Positions 50,614-61,111 of a stretch of DNA of 64,000 nt are shown here, one piece after another. The stretch's first letter is position 1; every line of letters starts with the position of its first letter. A program made the translations under genes and the position numbers. The stretch is taken from positions 11,569-75,568 of the forward strand of contig CAYPEN010000005.1 in the NCBI GenBank assembly GCA_964409875.1, in the 5' to 3' direction. The DNA is from an uncultured Gammaproteobacteria bacterium (GTDB lineage Bacteria; Patescibacteriota; Microgenomatia; Levybacterales; GWA1-39-11). The notes beneath the pieces are model-generated. The model was not told the origin of the DNA. It saw only the letters and a list, made by a program, of their open reading frames with translations, and made no database searches.

Positions 50614-52471
50614 GGCCGCCGGCATCGCCATCGCGGCGATTGCAGTTCTCGTGCTCTGGTCGTGGCTGGCCGGCTGTATGTTCATGCTGGTCAATAAAAC
50701 CAAGCCCATCGGTGTGCTTCCGCAAACTTTCTGGACGTATGTATATCACTACCATGCAGAAAGGCAGGTCATGGGCCAGCTCGCTATTGCTGCCGGCGTT
50801 CCGCTGGTGGTCGCGTTTTTTGGGATCGCCGGGCTTCTCCAGAAAAAACGCTCACTGCACGGTGAGGCGCGTTTTGCCAATCGCCGCGAAATTACTCAAT
50901 CCGGCCTGCTGGCATCGAAGGGAATAATCGTTGGCACCCACGGCAACCGCTTTTTAACTTCGGATGGTCCTTTCCACGTACTGCTCGCCGCTCCTACACG
51001 CAGCGGCAAAGGCGTCGGCGTGGTTATCCCGAATTTATTGAGCTGGGCTGATTCAGTCGTCGTCCTGGACATAAAGCAGGAAAACTGGGATCTGACAGCC
51101 GGCTTCCGCCAGCAACACGGCCAACAATGTTTCTTGTTCAACCCAGCCGCGCGCGATTACCGCACGCACCGCTGGAATCCGCTCGCGTATGTCTCTACCG
51201 ACGAGCATTTCCGTGTTGATGATCTGCAAAAAATCGGATCGATGCTGTGGTCCGAAACGCAGGGTAACGAAGGCTTTTGGGATCAACTGGCCGGCTCATT
51301 ATTTCTCGGCATTTCGCTCCTGGTGATGGATAGCCCGGAGCTGCCGTTCACGCTCGGCGAGTGTCTGCGCCAGTCGATGAAGCCCAACCTGCAGAAACGA
51401 TTCATGAAAATCATCGCGCAGCGTCGCAAAGAGGGTAAACCGCTGCCGTCGCAATGCGTGAATGCGCTCACAGCCTTTGCAGGGCGATCGGAAAATACCA
51501 CGGCGTCGATCCTTTCGACGTACCAAGCGAAATTGAATATCTGGTTGAACCCGGTAGTCGATGCCGCCACGTCGGCCAACGATTTCGATTTGCGCGAGCT
51601 GCGCCGCAGTCCGATGTCGATTTATCTCGGCATAACGCCGGATAACCTGGCGCGTTTGGCCCCGGTGGTAAATCTGTTCTTTCAGCAGGTCATCGATCTA
51701 CAGATGCGCAAGCTGCCGCAGCAAGACCCGACCTTGAAACATCAGGTCTTAATGCTGATGGACGAATTCACCGCGATGGGCAAGGTCGGAATTCTCGCCG
51801 AAAGCATTGCCTATGTGGCGGGCTATGGGCTGCGCTTGCTCCCGATCGTGCAGAGCACGTCGCAGCTTGTAGAGCGTTACGGTCAACATCAATCTGAAAA
51901 CTTCATCGAAAATCACGCGGTGCGAATTGTGTTCGCCCCCGAGTCAATCAAGATCGCGAAGGAACTGAGCGAAACGCTCGGCTATGAGACCGTGAAAAGC
52001 ACCAATATCAGCAAGCAAAAGGGTCTGCGAGCAAAAGTCGGTCTGCACAATGAAAGCGAGAGTGATCAGCGCAGGGCATTACTGCTACCGCAGGAGCTAA
52101 TGACGCTCGGCTCAAAGAAGGAAATTGTGTTTCATCGCGGCACCAAACCTATTCTGGCGGATAAGGTTATTTACTACAAAAGCAGTGTTTTTAAAGATCG
52201 TATTTGTACCGCGCCTTCGGTGCCTAAACTGGTCTTACTGACAGAGCATCTTACCCAGGATGCCTATGCCATCGACGATCAAGCAGAGCAATCAGCCGGC
52301 CGCGATTTCTCCATTACCGATTTGCCAAACGTTGACAGCATTTCGCTGGATCAATTCAGTTGCGATTTTAGCGACATTGAAATCCCCAATGACCCGATCA
52401 GCGATGCCGACGTGGCAAAGCTGGCGGATGCCTTTTTTGATCGCATCACCAATAGCACGGAGACAGCATGA
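50579..52471 (+). CDS. virD4: Type IV coupling protein VirD4
   Basis: LHGEARFA, APTRSGKG, LDIKQEN, MDEF. Confidence 0.93.
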   Translation: MIQHLKESTWIKAAGIAIAAIAVLVLWSWLAGCMFMLVNKTKPIGVLPQTFWTYVYHYHAERQVMGQLAIAAGVPLVVAFFGIAGLLQKKRSLHGEARFANRREITQSGLLASKGIIVGTHGNRFLTSDGPFHVLLAAPTRSGKGVGVVIPNLLSWADSVVVLDIKQENWDLTAGFRQQHGQQCFLFNPAARDYRTHRWNPLAYVSTDEHFRVDDLQKIGSMLWSETQGNEGFWDQLAGSLFLGISLLVMDSPELPFTLGECLRQSMKPNLQKRFMKIIAQRRKEGKPLPSQCVNALTAFAGRSENTTASILSTYQAKLNIWLNPVVDAATSANDFDLRELRRSPMSIYLGITPDNLARLAPVVNLFFQQVIDLQMRKLPQQDPTLKHQVLMLMDEFTAMGKVGILAESIAYVAGYGLRLLPIVQSTSQLVERYGQHQSENFIENHAVRIVFAPESIKIAKELSETLGYETVKSTNISKQKGLRAKVGLHNESESDQRRALLLPQELMTLGSKKEIVFHRGTKPILADKVIYYKSSVFKDRICTAPSVPKLVLLTEHLTQDAYAIDDQAEQSAGRDFSITDLPNVDSISLDQFSCDFSDIEIPNDPISDADVAKLADAFFDRITNSTETA

Positions 52472-53661
52472 TGAGCACTGTAGAAAAGGAGTTAAAGGCC
52501 GGTGGAACAGACCGCGAGGAGTTGCCTGCCGCTGGCAGCTCGCGTCCGCGCAGCGACGACGGACACGAGCGCGGTTTTCGCATCAACAACATTGCGGCTG
52601 ACGCCATAGCGGTGCGGCGCAGCGAAAACGCCAGGGGCGATCTGCAATTTGATGTGGAATTCGCGCAGCAAGGTAAATCGCTGGGTCGCTTGAGCAATTT
52701 GAGTCTTGACGATTTGGAAACCGCAGTGGGCGAAAAGAACACGAGGGCAGCCATTGAGGGTAAGTCCGAAATAACCCTAAAGGGCGATCAACTGGCGCCT
52801 TATGACGGCCTCACGCCAAAGGAACAGGATCGCCAAATTATCGAAAAGGAAACGCGCAAGAGCGCGGACTTCTCAATTGACCAGCGCAGCGCGCGCGCAA
52901 ATGAAATTCCGCTAACGATTCCCAGCGCGGGCGATATGGAATTCGATAGGAAAAACCCGAACGCCATCGAAAATGCGAATCCACCCAAACGCCAAGGCCA
53001 GCAAATCGAAAATGAGGACATATTGCCGCATCTGCGCGAGAAGGCGCCGCGCCCGGTGCCTCCCGCCATCGCTGAGAAATACACACAGGACGGACAGCGC
53101 TATTACGATCGATCGTCAGAGCTGAAGACCCCGGCCTTCACGGATCGCGGCGACAAGTTCAGCACGGCGCGACACGACTCCCAGGTTGCCAGCGATATGG
53201 TTGAAATGGCGCGCGCGCGCGGCTGGGAGCAGATCGAACTCAAGGGTGATGAAGAGTTTCGACGCGCGGCATGGATTGCTGCTGAAGCTAAAGGCATCCA
53301 GACCAAAGGCTACACACCCACCGAAAAGGAAATAGAGGTCGCCGCCAATAAGCGATCAACCATTGAAGCTGTTGAAACCACCAACATAACGCGGGATGGT
53401 GAATTGCCGGCGGATTTGCGCGAACGCGCCAAAACAGACCCCGAGGCACTTAAGGCAGTGGGAATACGGCAGCTGGCAAAGGAAGTCGCCAATCATTTAC
53501 TCGCCGATCGTGTTTTGCGAGAGCGGTTTGAGCGCACCGTCGAGCATCGACTGGAAGAACATCTGAAGGGCAATCGCCCGCTGCCCAGCTTGAAGCTGCG
53601 CGACGATCGCGAGAAGGAACGGGGCGATGACGACCTGCGAGAGCAGTCGGTGGGCCGGTAG
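52468..53661 (+). CDS. LPD7-like domain protein with charged C-terminal tail
   Basis: AFTDRGDKFST...MVEMARARGWEQIELKGDEEFRRAAWIAA..GI...GY.P. Confidence 0.78.
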   Translation: MMSTVEKELKAGGTDREELPAAGSSRPRSDDGHERGFRINNIAADAIAVRRSENARGDLQFDVEFAQQGKSLGRLSNLSLDDLETAVGEKNTRAAIEGKSEITLKGDQLAPYDGLTPKEQDRQIIEKETRKSADFSIDQRSARANEIPLTIPSAGDMEFDRKNPNAIENANPPKRQGQQIENEDILPHLREKAPRPVPPAIAEKYTQDGQRYYDRSSELKTPAFTDRGDKFSTARHDSQVASDMVEMARARGWEQIELKGDEEFRRAAWIAAEAKGIQTKGYTPTEKEIEVAANKRSTIEAVETTNITRDGELPADLRERAKTDPEALKAVGIRQLAKEVANHLLADRVLRERFERTVEHRLEEHLKGNRPLPSLKLRDDREKERGDDDLREQSVGR

Positions 53662-53728
53662 TTGGACGCGTAAACGATTCGAGTAATTCCCTTACTGACA
53701 AGTCCTAAAGGGACTTTAGGAGAGCACC

Positions 53729-54028
53729 ATGAAGCAGCAATTAATTGTAGTCAGCCTGTGTGTGGGCTTCATTGCATCCTCCGGCGCATTGGCGAAGGAG
53801 GCTTGCAGTACCGAGTTGTGCCTGGGCGGAATGTTGTTGACCGGCGAGCAGGCGGACAACTGCAAAGGCCCGATAAAGGACTTCTTCGAAATCGTGAAAT
53901 TCAAGAACGGCCACCCAAGCCCCTCCAGAACCTTGAACGCCAGAAAATCCTTTCTCAATAGCTGCCCGAGCGGGGACGACAACAAGAAAACGGAGATTCT
54001 CGCGAAGTTCGGGAAGGTGTTTCTTTAA
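53729..54028 (+). CDS. kikA: TrbM/KikA family protein
   Basis: Signal peptide, EAC...LCL.G, C...IKDFF.I, T..ARK.FLNSCP. Confidence 0.82.
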   Translation: MKQQLIVVSLCVGFIASSGALAKEACSTELCLGGMLLTGEQADNCKGPIKDFFEIVKFKNGHPSPSRTLNARKSFLNSCPSGDDNKKTEILAKFGKVFL

Positions 54029-54116
54029 GCAGCGAATGCGCGACGACACCACTACCTTCCACAGTGGTGTCTATTGCATACACGCATTACAGGAATCGAG
54101 CAGATAAGGAGTTCAT

Positions 54117-54341
54117 ATGCTCATTTTGACGCGCCACATCGGCAGCAGTTTGTTCATTGGTGATGATATTAAAGTGATGGTTCTCAACATCAGTGGAAAC
54201 CAGGTCCGTATCGGAATCGACGCACCCAGGAATATTGCAGTACACCGTGAGGAGATTCACGACCGCATTCAGTTAGCGCACGAAAGCGACGGCAAGCGGC
54301 CTAAGCTCCACCGCGCCAAGCCACCCATCGAAAAGGAATGA
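54117..54341 (+). CDS. csrA: Carbon storage regulator CsrA/RsmA homologue
   Basis: [36 protein letters not shown]. Confidence 0.93.
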   Translation: MLILTRHIGSSLFIGDDIKVMVLNISGNQVRIGIDAPRNIAVHREEIHDRIQLAHESDGKRPKLHRAKPPIEKE

Positions 54342-54345
54342 GGTC

Positions 54346-55020
54346 ATGAATGCACGGACATATATCGGAATTCTCACCGCGCTGATTGTCGTTGGCTGCA
54401 CCACAACCGACCCGAAAACCGGCGAGAACAAAACCTCGAATACCGCAAAGGGCGCTGGCATTGGCGCCGTCGCTGGCGCCGTGATCGGATCTGCAGTAAA
54501 TCACGATAACCGCGCCCAAGGGGCTGCGATCGGGGCGGCCCTTGGCGGTGGCGCCGGCGCCGCCGTCGGCTACCGCAAGGACAAGCAAGAGGCAGAACTC
54601 AGGGAGAAGCTGAAAAACAGCAGTATCGAAGTTCAGCAGGGGGGCGATGCGATAAAAGTTGTGATGCCTGGTAGCGTCAGCTTCGATGCCGACAGCGCAA
54701 AACTGCGGCCCAATTTTCAGGACAAACTCGCAAAGATTTCCGAGTCCCTGAATCAATACCCGGATACAACAATATTTATTGCTGGGCACACCGATAACAA
54801 GGGGCCTGAGCCGTTCAATAAAAAGCTATCCCTCGATCGCGCCAACAGCGTTGCAACCTATCTCGTCGCGCAGGGCATCGACAGCAAGCGCATCAAGACG
54901 GCCGGCTTTGGCTCCAGCGTACCGATCGGTGACAATGCCACCAACATGGGGCGGGCCAAGAATCGCCGTGTCGAGATCAAGATTGTCGCGCCGGCGCCGG
55001 CAACCGCATCGTCCAACTAA
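54346..55020 (+). CDS. OmpA-family lipoprotein with glycine zipper
   Basis: Lipobox VVGC, GA.IGA repeats, GHTD, LS.DRA.SV, NRRVEI. Confidence 0.9.
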   Translation: MNARTYIGILTALIVVGCTTTDPKTGENKTSNTAKGAGIGAVAGAVIGSAVNHDNRAQGAAIGAALGGGAGAAVGYRKDKQEAELREKLKNSSIEVQQGGDAIKVVMPGSVSFDADSAKLRPNFQDKLAKISESLNQYPDTTIFIAGHTDNKGPEPFNKKLSLDRANSVATYLVAQGIDSKRIKTAGFGSSVPIGDNATNMGRAKNRRVEIKIVAPAPATASSN

Positions 55021-55090
55021 GGCGCGTTTTCCGCATGCAGCATACGGCCGCTACGGCGGCCGTAGTTTATTTGAGAATTGGCGAACGAAG

Positions 55091-55567
55091 ATGAAGAAAA
55101 TTAGATATGTTTCTGTGTGCGTGATGTTGTTGATTGCATGTGCCGCGCATGCCGATTTTTCCGGCATCGTGGTGGGCGTGCTCGATGGCGACACTGTAGA
55201 TGTTTTGGTGGATCGCAAGCCGGTGCGCGTGCGCCTGGCCGAAATTGACGCGCCCGAGAAGGCCCAGCCATTTGGCACGAAGTCTCGCCAAGCGCTGGCC
55301 TCTTCGGTTTTTCAGCAGATGGTAACGGTGAAGACCACTGGCACTGATCGCTACGGCCGCACCATAGGCACACTTTGGCTGAAGGACAGGAACATCAATA
55401 AAATGATGGTCACGCAAGGTATGGCATGGGCGTATCGGAAATACCTTTCCGATCAGTCGCTACTCGCTGCAGAAGCCACAGCGCGAGGCGAGGGGTTGGG
55501 GCTATGGGCTGACCCACATGCAGTTCCGCCGTGGGAATGGCGAGCGGAAAAGCGGCAACGGCAATAG
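55091..55567 (+). CDS. Secreted thermonuclease (SNase family)
   Basis: DGDT, VRLAEIDAPE, DRYGR, GLW. Confidence 0.9.
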   Translation: MKKIRYVSVCVMLLIACAAHADFSGIVVGVLDGDTVDVLVDRKPVRVRLAEIDAPEKAQPFGTKSRQALASSVFQQMVTVKTTGTDRYGRTIGTLWLKDRNINKMMVTQGMAWAYRKYLSDQSLLAAEATARGEGLGLWADPHAVPPWEWRAEKRQRQ

Positions 55568-55617
55568 CTGTTGGCGATTCCGTTCACGAACACGCTACGG
55601 ATTACATCGGACCACGG

Positions 55618-55641
55618 GCCCGCTTTTCGGCCATTGCGGCC
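55618..55641 (+). repeat. dif-like site C
   Basis: GCCCGCTTT-TCGGCC-ATTGCGGCC. Confidence 0.55.
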
Positions 55642-55923
55642 GCTCAAGCAACTTCGTTTGATGCAATGAGTGACAGCTTTACAGCGCTTTTATTTACGAT
55701 GAAAAAGCGGACGCGAACACTAACTCAAGCGGCATGTAGCACTATTCCACCCTGAATGAGTAGAGAGGTTCATTCAGGTGAGCACTTTTCCGCAAGGCTC
55801 ATCGCAAAATGTAAAACAGGCTAATTGAACGTGCGATTTAACAGCGACGATCAAATGGCCTGCTCCTTCAGCAGCAGCCCAACATCGCTATCCACTTGCC
55901 GATTGGAACGCGCCGCCATAAGA

Positions 55924-55939
55924 TAGTAATCAATTACTA
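55924..55939. promoter_or_regulatory. Candidate TetR operator
   Basis: TAGTAAT-CA-ATTACTA just upstream of tetR. Confidence 0.7.
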
Positions 55940-55955
55940 CCTTGTGGTGCGCATC

Positions 55956-56564
55956 ATGCGAGATTCTGGCAAAAACCTCCCGGCCGATGAACGGCGGGCT
56001 GTCACCGTGGCGGCAGTGATCGAGCTGGCTGGCGAGCTGAATCCCGGTGACATCACTACGGCCGCTATCGCCAAGCGCATGCACGTCACTCAGGGCGCGC
56101 TATTTCGGCATTTCACGAATAAAGAGGCCATATGGTCGTCCGTCATGGAGTGGGTGGCCGATCATTTGCTCTCGCGTATGGAGCGAGCCGCTGAGTCTGC
56201 CAGCTCACCACTGGGGGCGCTTGAGGCGATGTTTATGACGCATATCGAATTCGTTGTCAGTCACCCCGGCGTTCCACGCATTTTGTTCGGAGAGTTGCAG
56301 CGTGCCGAAGACTCTCCTGCCAAGCGCATGACGCAAACACTGATTCGCCGTTACAGCGAGCGATTACAGCGTTTGATCGAACAGGGTAAGGCGCAGGGTG
56401 AGTGCGATGCCGCGCTCGATACAAGCGCGGCGGCGATGTTGTTTATTGGTGCAGTTCAAGGGTTGGTCATGCAGTCCCTGCTGGCAGGTGACGTTGATCA
56501 AATGCGTCGTGCCGCACCGGGTGCCTTCGCGATTTATGGCCGCGGTATCCGGAGCATTCAATGA
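55956..56564 (+). CDS. TetR-family regulator
   Basis: ITTAAIAKRMHVTQGALFRHF. Confidence 0.9.
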   Translation: MRDSGKNLPADERRAVTVAAVIELAGELNPGDITTAAIAKRMHVTQGALFRHFTNKEAIWSSVMEWVADHLLSRMERAAESASSPLGALEAMFMTHIEFVVSHPGVPRILFGELQRAEDSPAKRMTQTLIRRYSERLQRLIEQGKAQGECDAALDTSAAAMLFIGAVQGLVMQSLLAGDVDQMRRAAPGAFAIYGRGIRSIQ

Positions 56565-57754
56565 AACTGCCCGCCTTCAAAAGTCGCACGGCGGCGCTGT
56601 TGGCAGTGCTGGTTCCGCTTCTGGGTGTGTTCGTTTACGTATTGCTGCGCTCGGGACCGCTGGCGCCGATTCCGGTCACGGTCGCTAACGTCGAAAAGCG
56701 CTCGATTGCCCCGGCGTTATTCGGTATCGGTACCGTTGCGGCGCGTTACACATACAAGATCGGCCCTACGGTCGCCGGCCGGGTTCAGCGCGTCGACGTG
56801 GACGTCGGCGATGAGGTGCGTGCAGGCCAGATGCTCGGTGAAATTGAGCCGGTGGATTTGGATCAGCGCATCCTGGCGCAGGCGGCGGCAGTGCGGCGTG
56901 CCGATTCTTCGTTGCTGGTGGCACAGGCGCAATTGCGCGACGCCAGCGCACGCTGGTCCTTCGCCGACACGCAGGCGCAACGTTATGAAAAGCTGCTGCA
57001 GGCGCGCTCGGTCAGCGACGAGGCGGTGGCGATGAAGCGACAGGAGTTGCGAGTGGCAGAGGCGGTATTGGCATCAGCCCGCGCCGGGCTGGAGGTTGCT
57101 CGCCAGGAGCGAGTGCGCAATGAAGCCGACAGTGCCGGCCTGATTGAGCAGCGCAGCAACCTGCGCCTGGTTGCACCGGTGGATGGTCTGGTGGTCGCGC
57201 GCAATGCAGACCCCGGTACCACGGTGGTTGCCGGTCAGTCTGTCGTGGAGATTATCGATCCCGCCGCGTTGTGGATTGATGTCCGGTTTGACCAGCTCAG
57301 CGCGGGTGGTTTACGCGCGGGATTGCCGGCCCAAATCCAGTTGCGTTCGCGCACAGGACAGCAACAACGGGCTCACGTGTTACGTGTCGAACCACTGGCC
57401 GACGCGGTGACCGAGGAAACCCTGGCCAAGGTGGTATTCGATACCCTGCCGGAAATATTGCCGCCGCTCGGCGAACTGGCCGAAGTCACGGTGGCGTTGC
57501 CGGCATTGCCTGCCGCACCGGTGGTGCCCAATGCCGCCATAAGGCGGGTCGATGGCCAGTTGGGTGTGTGGCTGCTCGACGATGGCGATCTGCGGTTTGC
57601 GCCGATCAAGATCGGTGCGACCGACCTGGATGGCGGCGTGCAGGCTCGTGAAGGTTTGACTGCGGGTGATCAGGTGGTGGTGCATAGCCGGCGCCCGCTC
57701 AGCGCCCGCAGCCGCATCAAAGTTGTCGAGGGCGGATCCGGAGTCGCGCTGTGA
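56561..57754 (+). CDS. Efflux periplasmic adaptor (MacA-like)
   Basis: TM anchor, VDVGDEVRAGQ, coiled coil, APVDG. Confidence 0.88.
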   Translation: MKLPAFKSRTAALLAVLVPLLGVFVYVLLRSGPLAPIPVTVANVEKRSIAPALFGIGTVAARYTYKIGPTVAGRVQRVDVDVGDEVRAGQMLGEIEPVDLDQRILAQAAAVRRADSSLLVAQAQLRDASARWSFADTQAQRYEKLLQARSVSDEAVAMKRQELRVAEAVLASARAGLEVARQERVRNEADSAGLIEQRSNLRLVAPVDGLVVARNADPGTTVVAGQSVVEIIDPAALWIDVRFDQLSAGGLRAGLPAQIQLRSRTGQQQRAHVLRVEPLADAVTEETLAKVVFDTLPEILPPLGELAEVTVALPALPAAPVVPNAAIRRVDGQLGVWLLDDGDLRFAPIKIGATDLDGGVQAREGLTAGDQVVVHSRRPLSARSRIKVVEGGSGVAL

Positions 57755-58953
57755 TCAGCCTGGCCGGCAGGGACATCCTGCACAGCTGGGGCAAGTTTGT
57801 GTTTACCGGCGTGGGGCTCGGACTTCTGATCGGCGTGACCCTGAGCATGGCGGGCGTCTATCGCGGCATGGTTGATGATGCGTGGTCGCTGCTCGACAAC
57901 AGTGGCGCCGATCTGTGGGTGGTGCAGAAAGACACGCTGGGTCCCTATGCGGAATCGTCCAGTCTTTATGACGATGTGTATCGCAGCATTCGCGTGATGC
58001 CGGGGGTCGCCAGCGCCGCCAACGTGACCTATCTCACCATGCAGGTAGTGCAGGGTGGGCGCGATGTGCGTGCGATGGTGGTGGGCGTGGTTCCCGGCGG
58101 CCCCGGTGAGCCAGGGCAACCCGGCTATCTGGTGGCGGGGCGCCATATGACCCGGGGCCACTATGAAGCGGTAGCCGATACGGCAGCGGGTTTTAAACTC
58201 GATGAAATCATCGAGATTCGCCGCAATCGCTATCGCGTGGTCGGCCTGACCCGGCACACGGTTTCGTCGGCCGGCGATCCAATGATCTTTATTCCGCTCA
58301 AGGACGCGCAGGAAGCACAGTTTCTGAAAGATAACGACGCCATTCTTCAGCAGCGCCGGCGCACCAGCGAAAATCCTGCGTTTGATCGCCCCGGCGTTCC
58401 GGGATTGCTGGATTCGATCATTACCTCGCAAAGCACGAATACTTACGTAAACGCGGTGCTGGTGGTGATCAAGCCCGGTTATGCCCCGGAGGAAGTCGCC
58501 GAACCCATTCGCCGCTGGAAGCGGCTGCAGGTCTACACCCGCACCCAGATGGAATCGATTCTAATCGGCAAGTTGATCGCTACATCGGCTAAACAAATCG
58601 GCATGTTTCTGATAATTCTGGCTACCGTCAGTGCGGCCATCGTCGCCTTTATTATTTACACGCTAACGCTGGGGAAAATCCGCGAAATCGCTGTGCTCAA
58701 ACTGATAGGAACCAAAAACAGAACCATCGCCGGCATGATCATGCAGCAGTCGCTGGGCCTGGGCCTGATCGGATTTATCGTCGGGAAAATTGCGGCAACG
58801 TTATGGGTACCGATCTTTCCAAAATATGTATTGCTGCTGCCCGGCGATGCTGCGCGCGGCTTCTTCGCCGTGATGCTGATCTGTGTGCTTGCCAGCCTGG
58901 TGGCCATTCGTGCGGCGCTGAAAGTAGACCCGGCGGAGGCGATCGGTGGCTGA
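57751..58953 (+). CDS. ABC transporter permease (FtsX/MacB-like)
   Basis: ADLWV, REIAVLKLIG, ALKVDPA. Confidence 0.88.
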   Translation: MISLAGRDILHSWGKFVFTGVGLGLLIGVTLSMAGVYRGMVDDAWSLLDNSGADLWVVQKDTLGPYAESSSLYDDVYRSIRVMPGVASAANVTYLTMQVVQGGRDVRAMVVGVVPGGPGEPGQPGYLVAGRHMTRGHYEAVADTAAGFKLDEIIEIRRNRYRVVGLTRHTVSSAGDPMIFIPLKDAQEAQFLKDNDAILQQRRRTSENPAFDRPGVPGLLDSIITSQSTNTYVNAVLVVIKPGYAPEEVAEPIRRWKRLQVYTRTQMESILIGKLIATSAKQIGMFLIILATVSAAIVAFIIYTLTLGKIREIAVLKLIGTKNRTIAGMIMQQSLGLGLIGFIVGKIAATLWVPIFPKYVLLLPGDAARGFFAVMLICVLASLVAIRAALKVDPAEAIGG

Positions 58954-59659
58954 TTTGCAGCGGGGAATATTGATCGAAGGCGTGCGCAAGCGCTATGGCG
59001 AAGGCGACACGGCTGTCGATGCATTGAAGCATGTCGATATGGAGGTGGCACCCGGCGAGGTCGTCGGCTTGATCGGTCCGTCTGGCTCGGGCAAGAGCAC
59101 GCTGCTGAAATGTCTGGGGGCTGTTACCGAACCCAGCGCCGGCCGGATGACGGTCGGCGGCGAAATTATTTACGACAACGGCTGGAAAATTTCGGATCTG
59201 CGCGCGCTACGCCGGGACAAAATTGGTTTCGTGTTTCAGGCGCCGTATTTAATTCCGTTTCTTGATGTCACCGACAATGTGGCTTTGCTGCCGATGCTCG
59301 CCGGAGTATCCAACGCGGAAGCGCGCAAGCGTGCTTTGGAGTTATTGAGCGCGCTGGATGTTGCGCACCGCGCCAACGCCATGCCCACACAGCTATCCGG
59401 CGGCGAGCAGCAGCGTGTTTCGATTGCGCGCGCATTGGTTAATCGTCCTCCCGTGATTCTCGCCGATGAGCCAACGGCACCGCTGGACAGCGAACGGGCG
59501 CTGGCGGTTATTCGCCTTCTAAATCAGATGGCGCAGCAGTATTCCACGGCCATCATCGTGGTGACGCACGATGAAAAAATTATTCCCACGTTTAAACGCA
59601 TTTATCAAATACGCGATGGCAGGACGAGTGAGGAGGCCGGTGAGGGTCGCGGATTTTAA
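58946..59659 (+). CDS. ABC transporter ATP-binding protein
   Basis: [27 protein letters not shown]. Confidence 0.93.
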   Translation: MADLQRGILIEGVRKRYGEGDTAVDALKHVDMEVAPGEVVGLIGPSGSGKSTLLKCLGAVTEPSAGRMTVGGEIIYDNGWKISDLRALRRDKIGFVFQAPYLIPFLDVTDNVALLPMLAGVSNAEARKRALELLSALDVAHRANAMPTQLSGGEQQRVSIARALVNRPPVILADEPTAPLDSERALAVIRLLNQMAQQYSTAIIVVTHDEKIIPTFKRIYQIRDGRTSEEAGEGRGF

Positions 59660-59673
59660 TAGTTATGTTGAGC

Positions 59674-60998
59674 CAGTAGTGTCCCAACGTTATCGGCGTA
59701 GTCAGCTGTAAATCTTTGCCACTAAAGAGATTTTTCATGATTTTTGCTGTCACCGACTTGAACTGTAAATACACAGTTTGCGACCTTGCGATGTATTCGA
59801 TCGCAGGAGCAAATCATGTATTCGGGCAAGCTGGTTTTCGCACAACTCATGGAGCATCTACCGCTGCATACTTTTCGCCGGATCGTGGCGCGCTATGCCG
59901 GCGAACACAAAGTGAAATCGTTTTCCTGTCTCGATCATTTTCTTTGCATGGCATTCGCACAGCTGACGTTTCGCGAGAGCTTGCGCGATATCGAAACGTG
60001 TCTGCGTGCGCAACAATCCAAGCTGTATCACTTGGGCATTCGATCGAGCGTCGCACGCAACACGCTCGCGAATGCCAACGCCGTGCGCGATTGGCGCATC
60101 TATGCCGATTTCGCGCAGAGCCTGATTGGCATCGCGCGCCCGCTGTATGCCGAAGACACATTTGGCGTCGATTTGAAGAACACCGTTTACGCGCTCGACA
60201 CCACGACGATCGACCTGTGTTTGTCGGTGTTTCCGTGGGCACCGTTTCGTTCGGCCAAAGCGGCTGTGAAGATGCACACGCTGCTCGATTTGCGCGGCAA
60301 TATTCCCAGCTTTATTCATATCAGCGACGGCAAACTGCACGAGGTCAATATCCTCGATCAATTGCTGCCGGAAGCCGGTGCTTTTTACGTTATGGATCGC
60401 GGCTTCACCGATTTTGCGCGCTTGTTTCGGTTTCACGAAGCGGGCAGTTTCTTTGTCATTCGCGCCAAATCCAATCTCAAAGCACGGCGTCGCTACTCGC
60501 GTCCGGTCGATCGCAGTACGGGGTTGATCTGCGATCAAACCGTGGTCTTCAACGGCTTTTATGCACGCAAGGATTTCGAAGCACCGCTGCGGCGTATTCG
60601 TTTCAAAGATCCCGAGACGGCCAAGACGCTGATCTTTTTGACCAACAATTTTGCGCTGCCCGCACTGACGATCACCGAGCTGTATCGGTGCCGCTGGCAA
60701 GTCGAATTGTTTTTCAAATGGATCAAACAACATCTGCGGATCAAAGCCTTTTTCGGTACATCCGAGAACGCGGTAAAGACGCAAATCTGGATTGCCGTCT
60801 CGGTTTACGTGCTCGTGGCCATTGTCAAAAAACGTCTCAACCTATCAGCCAGTCTCTACGAAATCCTACAGATCCTGAGCCTGACCTTATTCGAGAGAAT
60901 CCCTTTGGATCAATTACTTGCAAAAATCATCACCGACGAAATTCAGTCAACAGCTGAAAATCAGCTGTTTTTGTTTGAATAACGTTGGGACACTACTG
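59674..60998 (+). mobile_element. Complete IS4-family insertion sequence (1325 bp)
   Basis: Perfect 20-bp IRs CAGTAGTGTCCCAACGTTAT; 9-bp target duplication ATGTTGAGC at 59665-59673 and 60999-61007. Confidence 0.93.
59816..60982 (+). CDS. IS4-family DDE transposase
   Basis: LDTT, MDRG, Y..RWQVELFFKWIKQ (YREK). Confidence 0.93.
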   Translation: MYSGKLVFAQLMEHLPLHTFRRIVARYAGEHKVKSFSCLDHFLCMAFAQLTFRESLRDIETCLRAQQSKLYHLGIRSSVARNTLANANAVRDWRIYADFAQSLIGIARPLYAEDTFGVDLKNTVYALDTTTIDLCLSVFPWAPFRSAKAAVKMHTLLDLRGNIPSFIHISDGKLHEVNILDQLLPEAGAFYVMDRGFTDFARLFRFHEAGSFFVIRAKSNLKARRRYSRPVDRSTGLICDQTVVFNGFYARKDFEAPLRRIRFKDPETAKTLIFLTNNFALPALTITELYRCRWQVELFFKWIKQHLRIKAFFGTSENAVKTQIWIAVSVYVLVAIVKKRLNLSASLYEILQILSLTLFERIPLDQLLAKIITDEIQSTAENQLFLFE

Positions 60999-61111
60999 AT
61001 GTTGAGCGTAATTTCATACATGCTTGGCGATACCTGGTCGATGGAGCGCGGGAGCGCATGGGATTCTTGTTAAGCACGAGTTTTTTGAATAAAGGTTATC
61101 AGGTGTTTGAT

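Noticed and set aside
54779-55090. Long N-terminal extension of the nuclease ORF
   Set aside because: Overlaps the ompA-like gene and a terminator-like hairpin (55043-55064); the signal peptide begins at 55091
59716-60957. 413-aa alternate-frame ORF and 308-aa antisense ORF in the IS
   Set aside because: Shadow frames of the transposase with no recognisable motifs
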